Assembly: GCA_015660915.1 (NCBI GenBank)
Contig: JACTTZ010000005.1
Coordinates: 29,035 to 93,034 of the forward strand
Reading direction: 5' to 3'
Source of the DNA: Methanomicrobia archaeon
Lineage (GTDB): Archaea > Halobacteriota > Bog-38 > Methanoflorentales > Methanoflorentaceae
DNA length: 64,000 nucleotides
The notes beneath the pieces are model-generated. The model was given only the letters and a program-made list of their open reading frames with translations. It had not been told where the DNA came from and did no database searches. This document shows positions 41,057 to 51,536 of this stretch, piece by piece. The position numbers were made by a program, and so were the translations under genes. Numbering within the stretch: position 1 is the first letter of the stretch; each line of letters begins with the position of its first letter.

Positions 41057-42136
41057 ATGCACGAGACCATGGAACTAACGCGGGCAAACAGAGGCTACGA
41101 CCGAGTTCTAAGCTCTATGTGCACGTACCCGCACCCAGTAGCAGTGCGGGCGCATATCGAATACATTCACACGAACCTAGGCGACCCTAATCTGTTCCCT
41201 GAAATAGCCGCGTTTGAGCGACGCGCCATTACCATCCTTGGGGGCTACCTCGGCGCAGCTGACGCGGTCGGTTACATTACTTCAGGTGGCACGGAATCGA
41301 ACATACAGGCAGTCCGAGCGAGCAAGCTGCTCTCAGGCACGCGCAAGCCAAACATCGTTGTTCCGGAGTCGGCGCACCAATCGTTTGAAAAGGCCCGAGA
41401 TTTTACTGGCGTAGAGGTACGCCAAGCAAGCCTCGATGAACGCCACGCTGTTGACGTGAACGCAGTCGACGAGCTTGTCGATGAGAACACCATTTGTATT
41501 GTCGGCATCGCCGGTACCACAGCTCTCGGCGCGATTGATCCGATTCCCGCCTTGGCTCAGGTCGCTCGCGAGAACGACGCTTTTTTGCACGTCGATGCCG
41601 CTTTTGGAGGCTTCGTCATCCCGTTCCTTGAAAAAAAGTACCGCTTCGACTTCAGGGTCGGAGGCGTACGATCAATAGCCGTCGATCCACACAAGATGGG
41701 GATGAGCACGATACCCTCAGGCGGACTCCTGTTTAAAAGGCCGGCTGATTTCGACGCCATTAGCACGAACACGTTCTACTCAGTCGAGCGCTCCATGGCC
41801 GGCACGAGAGGCGGCGCTTCGGTGGCTGCAACCCTCGCCGTGCTCGAGCATCTTGGCGTCAACGGATATCGAGACGTCGTCCGCGAATGCATGCGACTGA
41901 CAAACTTATGTGTTGAAGAAGCTGCGGGGTTTGGTGTATACCCGGTGATCCCCCCCGTTATGAACATTATAGCGTTCAAGTTGCCGGGATTACAGCAGAT
42001 AGCACTCCGGCTCACGGCGCGCGGCTGGCGCATATCTGTTATGGGTGGCGCCCTGCGAATCGTTATAATGCCACACATCGATGAAACGACGATTCTTGAG
42101 TTCTTGAACGACTTGAAAGAGCTCGTGAAGGTGTAA
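41057..42136 (+). CDS. mfnA: L-tyrosine/L-aspartate decarboxylase
   Basis: SSMCTYPHP, NLGDP, SGGTESN, HVDAAFGG, DPHKMG. Confidence 0.9.
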   Translation: MHETMELTRANRGYDRVLSSMCTYPHPVAVRAHIEYIHTNLGDPNLFPEIAAFERRAITILGGYLGAADAVGYITSGGTESNIQAVRASKLLSGTRKPNIVVPESAHQSFEKARDFTGVEVRQASLDERHAVDVNAVDELVDENTICIVGIAGTTALGAIDPIPALAQVARENDAFLHVDAAFGGFVIPFLEKKYRFDFRVGGVRSIAVDPHKMGMSTIPSGGLLFKRPADFDAISTNTFYSVERSMAGTRGGASVAATLAVLEHLGVNGYRDVVRECMRLTNLCVEEAAGFGVYPVIPPVMNIIAFKLPGLQQIALRLTARGWRISVMGGALRIVIMPHIDETTILEFLNDLKELVKV

Positions 42137-42201
42137 CGGCAATCGCATTCTTGTCCCGCCCAAGGATAGAAGTACACTGACACCCGACCGTGAGCTAAAA
42201 C

Positions 42202-43170
42202 ATGGACTTTGAAATCGAGCGAATCGTTGCACTAGTGCGGGAGAACCAGGCACGCGTCCTCCAGCTCCAATTTCCTGAGGGGCTGAAGCGGTACGGCCCC
42301 GGGGTAGCGAAGCGCATAAATGAACGTGTCAACGTCACTGTTCTACTCTCGGGGAATCCGTGCTACGGCGCGTGCGATCTGGATTATAACTCAGAAGCCG
42401 ATCTGTTAGTGCACTTTGGTCACGCGGAAATTCCTGGACTCGCAGCACGCCGCGTCTGTTTCGTCGAGGTACGAAGCGAGGTCGACGTCATTCCCACAGT
42501 GAACGATGCGCTCGCGCTCATCACCGGTCAGCGGGTGGGCATCGTGACAAACGTACAACACGTCCACAAGTTAGACTCAGTTCGCCGTCACCTCGAATCA
42601 GCCGGATTACAGTGTTCCATCGGATCCGGTGACGGAAGAGTCAAGTATCGGGGCCAGGTTTTAGGCTGCAACTATTCGTCCGCGCGGGCGATTGACGTAG
42701 ACGAGTATCTTTACGTCGGAAGCGGCACCTTTCACGCGCTCGGCGTAGCACTGGCAACGGGGAAACGGGTGATCATCGCGGATCCATTTTTACGAAAAAC
42801 CTCAGTTGCAGACGTTGAACTCATTATGAAGCAACGGTACGCCCTCGTTGCGAAGGCAATGGACGCCCATACATTTTGTGTCCTCGTCGGCACTAAGGCA
42901 GGTCAGCAAAGGTTTCACCTCGCTTATAAGCTCGTAGAAGAGGCGATAGAACGTGGTTATGACGCGTACACAGTGACGATAAACGAAGTGAGCCCTTGGA
43001 CGCTTTATCAGTTCCCTGCGGAAGCATACGTAAACACGGCCTGTCCGCGCATTGCTATAGATGATATTACGCTTTTCAAAGCCCCGATGCTGACGCCCAT
43101 CGAATTCGAAATGGTAATCGGGAGACGAGATTTAAGCGGGTACGCTCTCGACGAGATTTCATGCGACTGA
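42202..43170 (+). CDS. dph2: diphthamide biosynthesis enzyme
   Basis: LQFPEGLK, CYGACD, GQVLGC, TACPRI. Confidence 0.93.
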   Translation: MDFEIERIVALVRENQARVLQLQFPEGLKRYGPGVAKRINERVNVTVLLSGNPCYGACDLDYNSEADLLVHFGHAEIPGLAARRVCFVEVRSEVDVIPTVNDALALITGQRVGIVTNVQHVHKLDSVRRHLESAGLQCSIGSGDGRVKYRGQVLGCNYSSARAIDVDEYLYVGSGTFHALGVALATGKRVIIADPFLRKTSVADVELIMKQRYALVAKAMDAHTFCVLVGTKAGQQRFHLAYKLVEEAIERGYDAYTVTINEVSPWTLYQFPAEAYVNTACPRIAIDDITLFKAPMLTPIEFEMVIGRRDLSGYALDEISCD

Positions 43171-43192
43171 AAGCGCGCACTCGCTTACCGGT

Positions 43193-44662
43193 TCACGTAG
43201 CCGGCCGAGGCGCTTCCGCTGAGGGAGATAATAACGGTGGGGCAGGAGTACGTTCAGCTTTCTTTTTTGCGCTAGTCGCGAACGCATCGAGTTTCAGTTG
43301 CATTGCACGTTCAACTGGTCTCTCGATCGGGTAAATGCCGGTGAGACAGCCCAAACAGAGCTTCTCGCGGGGGAGACCTATTGAATCGATCAGGCCAGCG
43401 AGAGTGATGTACTTGAGTGAATCGACACCAATCATCAGTTTGACGCCGTCCACACTTTTTCGGGCGGCGATAAGCTCCCCATAGGTCGGCATGTCGATCC
43501 CAAGATGGCACGGTGAGACTATGGGTGGCGTTCCTATGCGCATGTGCACTTCCTCGGCCCCGGCTGCTCGCAGCATGTCAACGATCTTACGCGATGTCGT
43601 TCCACGGACAATTGAATCGTCGATCATGACGACCCTCTTGCCCTTGACGTGCTTCTTGATTACATTTAGTTTCAGCCTTACAGCCGTTTCGCGCAAATCC
43701 TGGCCGGGCATGATAAAAGTTCTGCCCACGTACCGGTTCTTTATCAAACCCTCGGTATAGGGCAGATGAGATTTTTCTGCGTAGCCAATAGCAAAAGCGA
43801 TTCCTGAGTCAGGAACTGGAATGATGACATCGGCCTCTACGTCCCCCTCTGCGAGCGTTTGACCAATCTTACGCCGCACTTCGTAGATCAGAGAACCGTC
43901 GAGTACCGAGTCTGGCCGAGCGAAGTAGACGTATTCGAACATACAGTGTGCCGTTACCGCTTTCTTAGCGGCACGTTGGCTCACGAACCCATCGGGCTTG
44001 AGGACGACGATCTCGCCCGGGCGGACGTCCCTGAGAAACTCTCCCCCAAGCGTATCGATGGCTGCGCTCTCGCTTGATAAGACATAACCATCGTCAAACT
44101 TGCCAACGCAGAGTGGTTTGATTCCAAAGGGATCTCGGACGCCGATAACAGCATCATTTATGAGCAGCGTGAGGGAGTAGGACCCGCGAAGCTTGTTCAT
44201 AAGCTCCTGAACGGCCGTGATGGTGTCATATCGCATAAGTTCCTTCACCAGAAGGTGTGCGATGACCTCTGTGTCTGAATCTGACACAAAAATGCGGCCT
44301 TCAGCCTCGAGTGCCCGCCTGATATCAAAGGAGTTAACGATATCGCCGTTATGAGCGATCGCAATGGTCCCGCCTCTATAATTAACAAGTGCCGGTTGGC
44401 AGTTTTCTACCCTGCTGAGACCCGTCGTGGAATACCGCACGTGGCCGATGCCCCGAGATCCTTTCAGGTGTCCTAACCGGTGTTCGTCAAATACCTCGTG
44501 GACGAGACCCATCCCGCGCTCAATGTGGATTGCCGAGTCGTGCGTCGCAATTCCCGCCGATTCTTGACCGCGATGCTGCAGCGCGTAAAGACCGTAATAG
44601 ATGGGTAATGCGGCATCTTTGGAATCCAAGGCGATTCCGAACACACCGCACTTGTCTTTCAT
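43193..44662 (-). CDS. purF: amidophosphoribosyltransferase
   Basis: CGVFG, QHRGQE, GHVRYST, DDSIVRGTT. Confidence 0.96.
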   Translation of the reverse strand: MKDKCGVFGIALDSKDAALPIYYGLYALQHRGQESAGIATHDSAIHIERGMGLVHEVFDEHRLGHLKGSRGIGHVRYSTTGLSRVENCQPALVNYRGGTIAIAHNGDIVNSFDIRRALEAEGRIFVSDSDTEVIAHLLVKELMRYDTITAVQELMNKLRGSYSLTLLINDAVIGVRDPFGIKPLCVGKFDDGYVLSSESAAIDTLGGEFLRDVRPGEIVVLKPDGFVSQRAAKKAVTAHCMFEYVYFARPDSVLDGSLIYEVRRKIGQTLAEGDVEADVIIPVPDSGIAFAIGYAEKSHLPYTEGLIKNRYVGRTFIMPGQDLRETAVRLKLNVIKKHVKGKRVVMIDDSIVRGTTSRKIVDMLRAAGAEEVHMRIGTPPIVSPCHLGIDMPTYGELIAARKSVDGVKLMIGVDSLKYITLAGLIDSIGLPREKLCLGCLTGIYPIERPVERAMQLKLDAFATSAKKKAERTPAPPLLSPSAEAPRPAT

Positions 44663-44689
44663 TGACAGTATCTCTATTCAAAAATATAG

Positions 44690-44854
44690 CTAATACTTGT
44701 TAAGGTAGCTGTACTTCCGAAGCCTCCCGGAGCGACCAAACCCACAATGGACGCACGTTCTTTTACGATAGTTGTATGAGACCGCGCCGCAGCGCCTGCA
44801 CGTCACGTGCGAGCGTTTCTGGCGCTTGCCCATTGATGGCGTTCCCTTTGTCAT
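44690..44854 (-). CDS. rpl37e: 50S ribosomal protein L37e (absent from ORF track)
   Basis: MTKGTPSMGKRQKRSHVTCRRCG...CVHCGFG. Confidence 0.95.
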   Translation of the reverse strand: MTKGTPSMGKRQKRSHVTCRRCGAVSYNYRKRTCVHCGFGRSGRLRKYSYLNKY

Positions 44855-44883
44855 TTGGTTGCCTCACAGAGCGTCGCTTTACA

Positions 44884-45102
44884 TTAAGGTGATATGTACA
44901 CGACGTTGTCGCCGCGGACGACGATGGTTCCAAACTTCTTGATTGCCTCGCCGCCTTTGAGTTCTTCGGCTTTATCGAGAACGAGATTCAAATGGACATC
45001 ATACCCCTGAAGCTCCCCTCTGAAGTCTCTACCCCCTTTAAGTCTCACGATTACTGGCGTTTCCAGGGATTCATTCAAGATATCAAGCGGCCTCTGACTC
45101 AT
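44884..45102 (-). CDS. Sm-like archaeal protein (SmAP1/Lsm)
   Basis: [27 protein letters not shown]; upstream of rpl37e. Confidence 0.95.
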   Translation of the reverse strand: MSQRPLDILNESLETPVIVRLKGGRDFRGELQGYDVHLNLVLDKAEELKGGEAIKKFGTIVVRGDNVVYISP

Positions 45103-45179
45103 TGCACACCTCTCACAAGTAGTTCTTCCCTAATAACATACTTAAGTTTATCTTTGAACGTCGAGTAAGGTCTGCATGC

Positions 45180-45656
45180 GTGACAGCGAAAAAGCGACAT
45201 TTCCTGAAGACAGACGTAGCGCGGCGCGTCGTAGCTGCGCTGAACACGTACGAAACCGAGAACGCGCTCAAGGGCAAGCTCGAAGTGCTCGAAACACCAG
45301 AACGTACGCTTATTCTTCTTAACGGGGTGCCAGTGGCCCTCTGCATTGACCAAACGCCCTTCTTCACTGTGCGAGGTGCGATGGAGCTGAAGCCGCGACG
45401 ACACCTAGTAACCGTTGATATGGGGGCCGTGCAATTCATCCGCAATGGCGCTGATGTGATGTGTCCCGGCATCGTGGACGCCGACGAAAGCATAACGCCT
45501 GGAGATTTCGTCGTTATTATCGACGAACGGCACAATAAACCGCTCGGCGTCGGGACGGCGCTTATCACTGGCGTCGAGATGATCCACGACACGAAAGGCA
45601 AAGCCGTGCGCATCGTGCACCACGTGGGCGACAAGATTTGGCTCGTGGAGCCTTAA
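45180..45656 (+). CDS. PUA-domain RNA-binding protein
   Basis: VDMGAVQFIRNGADVMCPGI, HHVGDKIW. Confidence 0.9.
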   Translation: MTAKKRHFLKTDVARRVVAALNTYETENALKGKLEVLETPERTLILLNGVPVALCIDQTPFFTVRGAMELKPRRHLVTVDMGAVQFIRNGADVMCPGIVDADESITPGDFVVIIDERHNKPLGVGTALITGVEMIHDTKGKAVRIVHHVGDKIWLVEP

Positions 45657-45826
45657 TCACGTGCCTGTATGAAAACACTCGCCTATATCTAAAAAGAAGG
45701 CACGAGTAATATATCAATGGCAGCAGCGTTAAATACTGCTGCGAAGCTACAACAACTGAAGCACGAAAACTATAAGATGCCAATCGCGAAATAGCATCAA
45801 GAGTCGATTGTAGGTGAGAGTTCCAA

Positions 45827-46207
45827 ATGGCGCAAAAGAGTTTGATCGATAGGATTTTTGGGAGCCGTCCGCACGCAGAGCCGGATGAATATCTGGAGCT
45901 GGACCTCGGAGAGTACGAAGAGGTGTTTGAGGAGGAACCTGCAGGAACGTATGTTAAGGTCGCAGAGTTAATCAACGTCAGCAATCTCACGCCGCTCAAA
46001 GATGAGGTTTACAAAGGAAACATCGTTATTATTGACATAGCTCACATAAAGCAGGACCGCGTCGCCCTCGATAGAATCGTCAAGGAACTACGACAAGTCG
46101 CAACCGACATTCACGGAGATATAGCCGGACTTGGAGACGATCAGATCATTGTGACCCCAATGTCGATCAAGATAGACCGCAAGAAGCTCGGGGCAAGCTC
46201 TTACTAA
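45827..46207 (+). CDS. sepF: archaeal cell division protein SepF
   Basis: EYLELDL, VYKGNIVIIDI, GDIAGLG, IVTP..IKIDR. Confidence 0.88.
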   Translation: MAQKSLIDRIFGSRPHAEPDEYLELDLGEYEEVFEEEPAGTYVKVAELINVSNLTPLKDEVYKGNIVIIDIAHIKQDRVALDRIVKELRQVATDIHGDIAGLGDDQIIVTPMSIKIDRKKLGASSY

Positions 46208-46242
46208 TATAGCGACGCAAATACCCGGAACATTTTTTTGTC

Positions 46243-46824
46243 ATGACGCAGGAAGCAGCGATCGAGAGCACATGCCCTCTATGTACGGAGGTTCTTACCT
46301 TCAAGTTCAGCACGGACGAGATACCTTTTTTTGGAGAAATCATGCTTGTGAGCGCGAGTTGCACGTGTGGCTTCAAGTACGCCGACACGATATCGCTCAA
46401 CGAGCGCGAAGCCGCTCGATATGAGATGGAATTTGATAGCAGCGACTTCGCTACGCGGGTGATCAGATCATCCTCAGGCACAGTGCAGATTCCAGAACTC
46501 GGCGTGACCATCGAACCAGGCTCGGCTTCAGAAGCATTTGTTTCCAACGTCGAGGGTGTCCTCTGTAGGGTCGAAGAGGTTGTCAGCATGGCTACGAAAT
46601 GGTCGTCTAACGATCCCGGTAAATTCGAGCTGGGAAATCGACTTCTTGAAATGATAGACATGGTACGAAGGGGCGAAGGGAAAATGACTCTCGTTATCGA
46701 TGATCCGTTTGGCAACAGTGCAATTATTTCGCCGCGAGCTCAGCGCCGAGCGCTCTCAGAAAGTGAAGCTTGCGTGCTTAAAACCGGGGTATTAACTGTC
46801 GACGTTTCAGAGAAGGGCAGCTAG
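46243..46824 (+). CDS. ZPR1 zinc finger protein
   Basis: CPLC, IPFFGE, RVIRSS, IPELG..IEPG, NVEG, DPFGNS. Confidence 0.92.
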   Translation: MTQEAAIESTCPLCTEVLTFKFSTDEIPFFGEIMLVSASCTCGFKYADTISLNEREAARYEMEFDSSDFATRVIRSSSGTVQIPELGVTIEPGSASEAFVSNVEGVLCRVEEVVSMATKWSSNDPGKFELGNRLLEMIDMVRRGEGKMTLVIDDPFGNSAIISPRAQRRALSESEACVLKTGVLTVDVSEKGS

Positions 46825-47132
46825 AAGACCCGCTCGCAAAGCGATTTCACTCCGACATTCGCTGACTGCGCTCTTTTGGGCTGATGGACATAAACGGAGA
46901 GCTCGTAACTAATTCATGATCATCGTCAGCAATCACCCACCGCTTCTTGCTGCCTCAAGCTGTTCCTATAATTCTGAGCTACGGCGCAGTCTTGCGCGGG
47001 CCCAGTTCTACAACCGACACTGATACCAAAAAACAAGTCACAGGCACTATCTGAGGAAATATGCTCGAGCAGAGACTTTCCATAACTAAATATACGGGCG
47101 TTGCTTGTATTGAAAACTGCTGAGGCACAATA

Positions 47133-47717
47133 ATGAAACGAACCGTAGAGAATCTTGCAAAAGCCTTCGCGGGCGAGAGCATGGCGCGAAATATGTACAT
47201 ATCCTTCGCTAAGATAGCAAAGAAAGAAGGCTTTGAACAGATCGCAGAGGCGCTTCAGCTGACGGCCGATAATGAGCGTGAACACGCAAGCTGGACTTCT
47301 AAACTAATCAACGCGCTCAACGCTGGCGCAGCGGAAGACTTTGATGAAATAAAAATCGAAGCCGCTGTTTCGACGTCGCTGGGCTATACCGCTGCGAATC
47401 TAAAAGCAGCGATCGCCGGCGAACACTACGAAGCGACGACGATGTATCCTGAGTTCGCTGACGTTGCCGACAGCGAAGGATTGCCTGAAATAGCCAAGAG
47501 GTTAAGGGCGATTGGCGTCGCCGAAGCTCACCACGAAGAAAAGTACACGAAGATGCTCGCACAGGTGGAGGCTGGCACCGTTTTCAAGAAGAATCAGAAG
47601 GTCGAGTGGGTCTGCCGAGAATGTGGTTACGTGCACGTCGACGAAGAACCTCCTGAGAAGTGTCCCGCCTGCGACCATGATCGAGCTTACTACCAGCTCA
47701 AGTGCGAGGAATACTAG
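47133..47717 (+). CDS. rbr: rubrerythrin
   Basis: FAGES, EREHA, EAHH, CRECG...CPAC. Confidence 0.93.
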   Translation: MKRTVENLAKAFAGESMARNMYISFAKIAKKEGFEQIAEALQLTADNEREHASWTSKLINALNAGAAEDFDEIKIEAAVSTSLGYTAANLKAAIAGEHYEATTMYPEFADVADSEGLPEIAKRLRAIGVAEAHHEEKYTKMLAQVEAGTVFKKNQKVEWVCRECGYVHVDEEPPEKCPACDHDRAYYQLKCEEY

Positions 47718-47772
47718 TCGAGGCAAAAAAAAGCAGCTGCTTGGGTTCTATTTCGCCACGTCTTACAACACG

Positions 47773-48819
47773 TTAGCTGTCCTGCAATTTGAAGCGTAAA
47801 AGCGCGGCGATGCCCCCAAGCTTCTCTAAACGCTTCCCGGGTTCGAAATCGGTGCTGAAAACGACGACGTGGCCATTCGAACTATTCACCGCTGTCAGCA
47901 GTTTGTCGATGGCCGCTCCCTTTTCACGCTCATTGCGTAACGTTTCATCTGCTATGAGTAGCGTGTCAATAGCACCCCACTCGCGCGCTTTCGCAACCTC
48001 ACCCATCCCATAGGCGACTTTGCCGCCAACGGCAATCTCTCCCAAAAGGACGTCGATGAGCCGCGCCTCGCGAACGAGGTGGGCATCCTTAATGAGCCTA
48101 TCAACAGCACCGCGTCGGAGTACCTCTTGAAATCCTGAAATTCCAACTGAGGTCGTATTCTCAACGATTATACGGTTAGGGAGGTCTTTGTCCTTCTGCG
48201 TTGCAAACCGAATGAAATCATCCTTTATAAAACCAGGGCCAGCGATGATGTATTCTTCCGCACCTGTATGGGCCAACTGGTCATAGATTTGGACAAAAAA
48301 ATCGATCTGTGAGCTTTCCTCAAGCTTTCCGGTGCTTTGCGTGATGCTCGCGACTTCCTCAACGCCGTACTGTCGTAGCACGCCAATGTGCGCTTCGCCT
48401 GACTCTATCGTGACAATTGCAATTTCAGGGCGCTTTGATTCCTCGATCGCCTTCGTGATGCGATCAAGCTGATCGCGCCTCCATTGCTTGATGATCGAGA
48501 CATCGCGCAACGGTTCGACGCTGAACGTGTGATGTGACCCGACGTCCTGGCCTGACTCGATGGTCCCACTAACGCGTAGGCGGTTGGCAAACCGATGAAA
48601 CTCTACTGATTCTACGCGAATCCCAAGCCGCATCGGTTTCCGCTCTGTCTTCTCCGGTCGCAGTTTGTCAGTTGCACTTTCAACTTTGCGGAAGGTTAGC
48701 GCAAAAACGAGATCGCCCTTTTCAATAAGGTGTTTTAAATGCCACAGGTCGTCGATTGACTCAGGCAGGAGGGTGATCTCACCCTCTAGCTTCACCAAAG
48801 ATCTCCTCAAAAGACGCAT
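47773..48819 (-). CDS. pelA: mRNA surveillance protein pelota
   Basis: PESIDDLWHL, RLRVSG, AGPGF, LGGIAALLRF. Confidence 0.94.
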   Translation of the reverse strand: MRLLRRSLVKLEGEITLLPESIDDLWHLKHLIEKGDLVFALTFRKVESATDKLRPEKTERKPMRLGIRVESVEFHRFANRLRVSGTIESGQDVGSHHTFSVEPLRDVSIIKQWRRDQLDRITKAIEESKRPEIAIVTIESGEAHIGVLRQYGVEEVASITQSTGKLEESSQIDFFVQIYDQLAHTGAEEYIIAGPGFIKDDFIRFATQKDKDLPNRIIVENTTSVGISGFQEVLRRGAVDRLIKDAHLVREARLIDVLLGEIAVGGKVAYGMGEVAKAREWGAIDTLLIADETLRNEREKGAAIDKLLTAVNSSNGHVVVFSTDFEPGKRLEKLGGIAALLRFKLQDS

Positions 48820-49143
48820 AACGATCGCCTAATTCGACCTCGATGCCTCAGTTCCGCGCGCGCAGGCCGGATATTCGTTTGTGAGTACTTGTCGATGGAA
48901 TTGTGCTCCACACATGACGGCTTCGTCAACGATGCTATTTATACATAATTTTACGAAACTCGTGATTTGGGTGACGCGGTGTTAGATTATTCAACAAAAG
49001 CACGGCTGCACCCACGGGATAGCGTCTCAGCCAAGAAAAGCAGCTTGACGTAACGAGCGGGGGACTGCCTTCGATGGATGATCAGAGTGAAGAGCAAGCA
49101 TATGACCCAAAGGATTTAAGTCAATCCCCTTATAGGTCAGACT

Positions 49144-49431
49144 ATGATACAAGACAAAAACTATGCCGAAGAGGAGGTCGCAGAAGATCTGCTGGATCTT
49201 ATAAAGGAGTACGAGGCGGAGATCAAGAAGCTTAAGGAGCGGGAGACCGCCCTGCTCAAGTCGCTCCAAGCTAGCCTTGGTGAGAGTCCCGCGGCACTAA
49301 TTCAAGAATACGTAGGAGTTAAGATTGATCGTTCGCTGCGCCTTTTCGAGCTGGATCTTCGGACGCGCTACGCTGATGAGGAAGCGGCAACTTCAAAAGC
49401 AGTCGACCGGATATTCAAGGAGTACGGATAG
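49144..49431 (+). CDS. hypothetical coiled-coil protein
   Basis: 95 aa acidic helical ORF; TATA-like element upstream. Confidence 0.6.
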   Translation: MIQDKNYAEEEVAEDLLDLIKEYEAEIKKLKERETALLKSLQASLGESPAALIQEYVGVKIDRSLRLFELDLRTRYADEEAATSKAVDRIFKEYG

Positions 49432-49573
49432 TGTGTCGCCTGCCTTGAATGCAGCGCGACCGGTCTATTCAGGTCTGGATAGAGCGAAAAGGTGAATCGC
49501 ACGCCAAAACGCCTAGTTTATATAATAGTATTTGACTTTCCATGATTACAGCCGAGCGCGGTGGTGGGTTACG

Positions 49574-50503
49574 ATGAACGCTGTAGAAGTCCTCGAAGTG
49601 ACGAAGCGCTATAAGAAAGGCGCCGTTGCGGTTGACGGTGCAAGCTTCACCGTGGAGCAAGGCGCTGCGTTTGGGCTTCTAGGGCCGATCGGCGCCGGGA
49701 AAACGAGCATCATCAACATGTTGCTCAGTTTCATCAAGCCTACCGCCGGAACGATCAAGATATTCGATCGCGAGGTCGCAACGCAGTTTCACGAGGTGCA
49801 AAATAGGATCGGTTACTTGCCTGAACGCCCCGGCTTTTACGGCAACTTCTCCGCGGAAAAGAACCTTAGAATTTTTGCCAGTCTCTCCGGCGTGCGCGAA
49901 GAGCGCGATGAGAGGATCGCGAAGCTCTTTACGATAGCAGGACTAGAGGGCAAGGAGAAAGACCTCGTCCGAGCGTATTCGCTCGGGGACCGAAAGCGAC
50001 TGGGCATTGCCGCGGCAATGCTGAATGAGCCTGAGCTGCTTATCCTCGACGAGCCGAGCACAGGACTTGACCCACAGGGCAGACGCGACATAATGGCGCT
50101 CATTCACGAACTCAACGTCCATGATGTCACCCTGTTTCTCGCGACACACAATGTCAGAGATATCGCCGAAATATGTGACGTACTAGCAACAATACAGTCC
50201 GGCCGCGTTGCCGCGCCAACCACGACAAAGGGTTTTATAGCGACCGTGCGCGGAACGACCGTGCAACTCGAAGCTGACGTCGCCAACATGAACGAACGTG
50301 TCCTCCAAGCCATCAAGTCGGTGAAAGGCGTCAAATCAATCGAGTGCGAACGGCTGAAGATTAGCCTTGACTACAGGCCGGGCATCAACGAGGACGTGAA
50401 CTACATAATTACGCGGGCAGGAGGCCGACTACGCTCAATGCGCGAGTCACCGTCGCTCGAAGAGGCGTACGTACGAATGATGGGGGAAGAGAGGGTTGAG
50501 TGA
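49574..50503 (+). CDS. ABC-2 type transporter ATP-binding protein
   Basis: GPIGAGKTS, YSLGDRKR, ILDEPSTGLD, ATH. Confidence 0.9.
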   Translation: MNAVEVLEVTKRYKKGAVAVDGASFTVEQGAAFGLLGPIGAGKTSIINMLLSFIKPTAGTIKIFDREVATQFHEVQNRIGYLPERPGFYGNFSAEKNLRIFASLSGVREERDERIAKLFTIAGLEGKEKDLVRAYSLGDRKRLGIAAAMLNEPELLILDEPSTGLDPQGRRDIMALIHELNVHDVTLFLATHNVRDIAEICDVLATIQSGRVAAPTTTKGFIATVRGTTVQLEADVANMNERVLQAIKSVKGVKSIECERLKISLDYRPGINEDVNYIITRAGGRLRSMRESPSLEEAYVRMMGEERVE

Positions 50504-51377
50504 GTTTTCGGAGTCCTCCTATGCGTTTCTGACGGTCGCGCAAAAGGAATTTCAGTCCACTATACGGACGAAGCGCTTCCTCGTCTTCGGAATTATCTTC
50601 GTGCTGCTAGCGCTCATCGGCGCGTATTACGGCAATGCTGACCTCGCCCGATCAATTTCGCCAACGAGTGGCGCGCCTAACCCGGCAACCCAGCCGGTCA
50701 ACTACGTGATTAGCGTTGCGTATTCATACAGTCAGGTCATTTTAACAATACTCGCGCTTGCGTTGTCGTATGACGCTCTTACGCGTGAGCGATCAGAAAG
50801 AACGCTTGTACAACTCCTAATGCGACCCATTCGGCGTAGCACAATACTCTTAGGCAAGTTCGTCGCGTATCTTGCCGCTGCTGGGGGGCTGTTCGTCGGG
50901 ATAACGCTCGTGCTCTATATAGGTCTGTCCCTAATCACGCAGAAGTTCCCAAGCTCCAGCGACGTTGGCTACCTGTTCCTCTCTATGGGCATCATACTGC
51001 TGTACGTCATGTCGTTCATAGCGATAGGACTCCTGATCTCAAGTTTGACGCGCACGAGCCTCGACTCGTTGCTGGGCGCTGTCTTCGTCTGGATCCTGCT
51101 GTTAATCTTTACTTATGCAGGTGTCGCGCTCGGATTAGGCGCCATAAACCTGAGCGCTACGTCAGAGATCCCCTATACGGCGTTTCCGGGTTACGCAAAA
51201 ATACTGCTCTGGATCAATCCCGGCAGCCACAACGTCGCTATCCAATCCCTCGCCGGAGACTTCTCGAAGCTAACTTCCGGGCTGAACTATGCAGCGAATG
51301 TCATTTTGCTCGTCGTTTCGATTGTCGTTCCGCTTTTACCGGCTTATTACTTGTTTAAGCGTTCTGACGTTGTCTAA
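50496..51377 (+). CDS. ABC-2 type transporter permease
   Basis: YDALTRERSERTL...PIRR..ILLGKF; about six TM helices. Confidence 0.88.
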   Translation: MSEFSESSYAFLTVAQKEFQSTIRTKRFLVFGIIFVLLALIGAYYGNADLARSISPTSGAPNPATQPVNYVISVAYSYSQVILTILALALSYDALTRERSERTLVQLLMRPIRRSTILLGKFVAYLAAAGGLFVGITLVLYIGLSLITQKFPSSSDVGYLFLSMGIILLYVMSFIAIGLLISSLTRTSLDSLLGAVFVWILLLIFTYAGVALGLGAINLSATSEIPYTAFPGYAKILLWINPGSHNVAIQSLAGDFSKLTSGLNYAANVILLVVSIVVPLLPAYYLFKRSDVV

Positions 51378-51536
51378 GTTTCGAACCTTAAAATGCGGTT
51401 CTTTCCTCGCTATCTCACCAGATCTTTTATGCTTGACTTCCGCCTTTGATCAACATCGATCATTATTTATAAGATAAATCGGGAATATTGGCTATACGTA
51501 AGGAAGACAACCATCACGAAGAGGTGCCAAAAATAG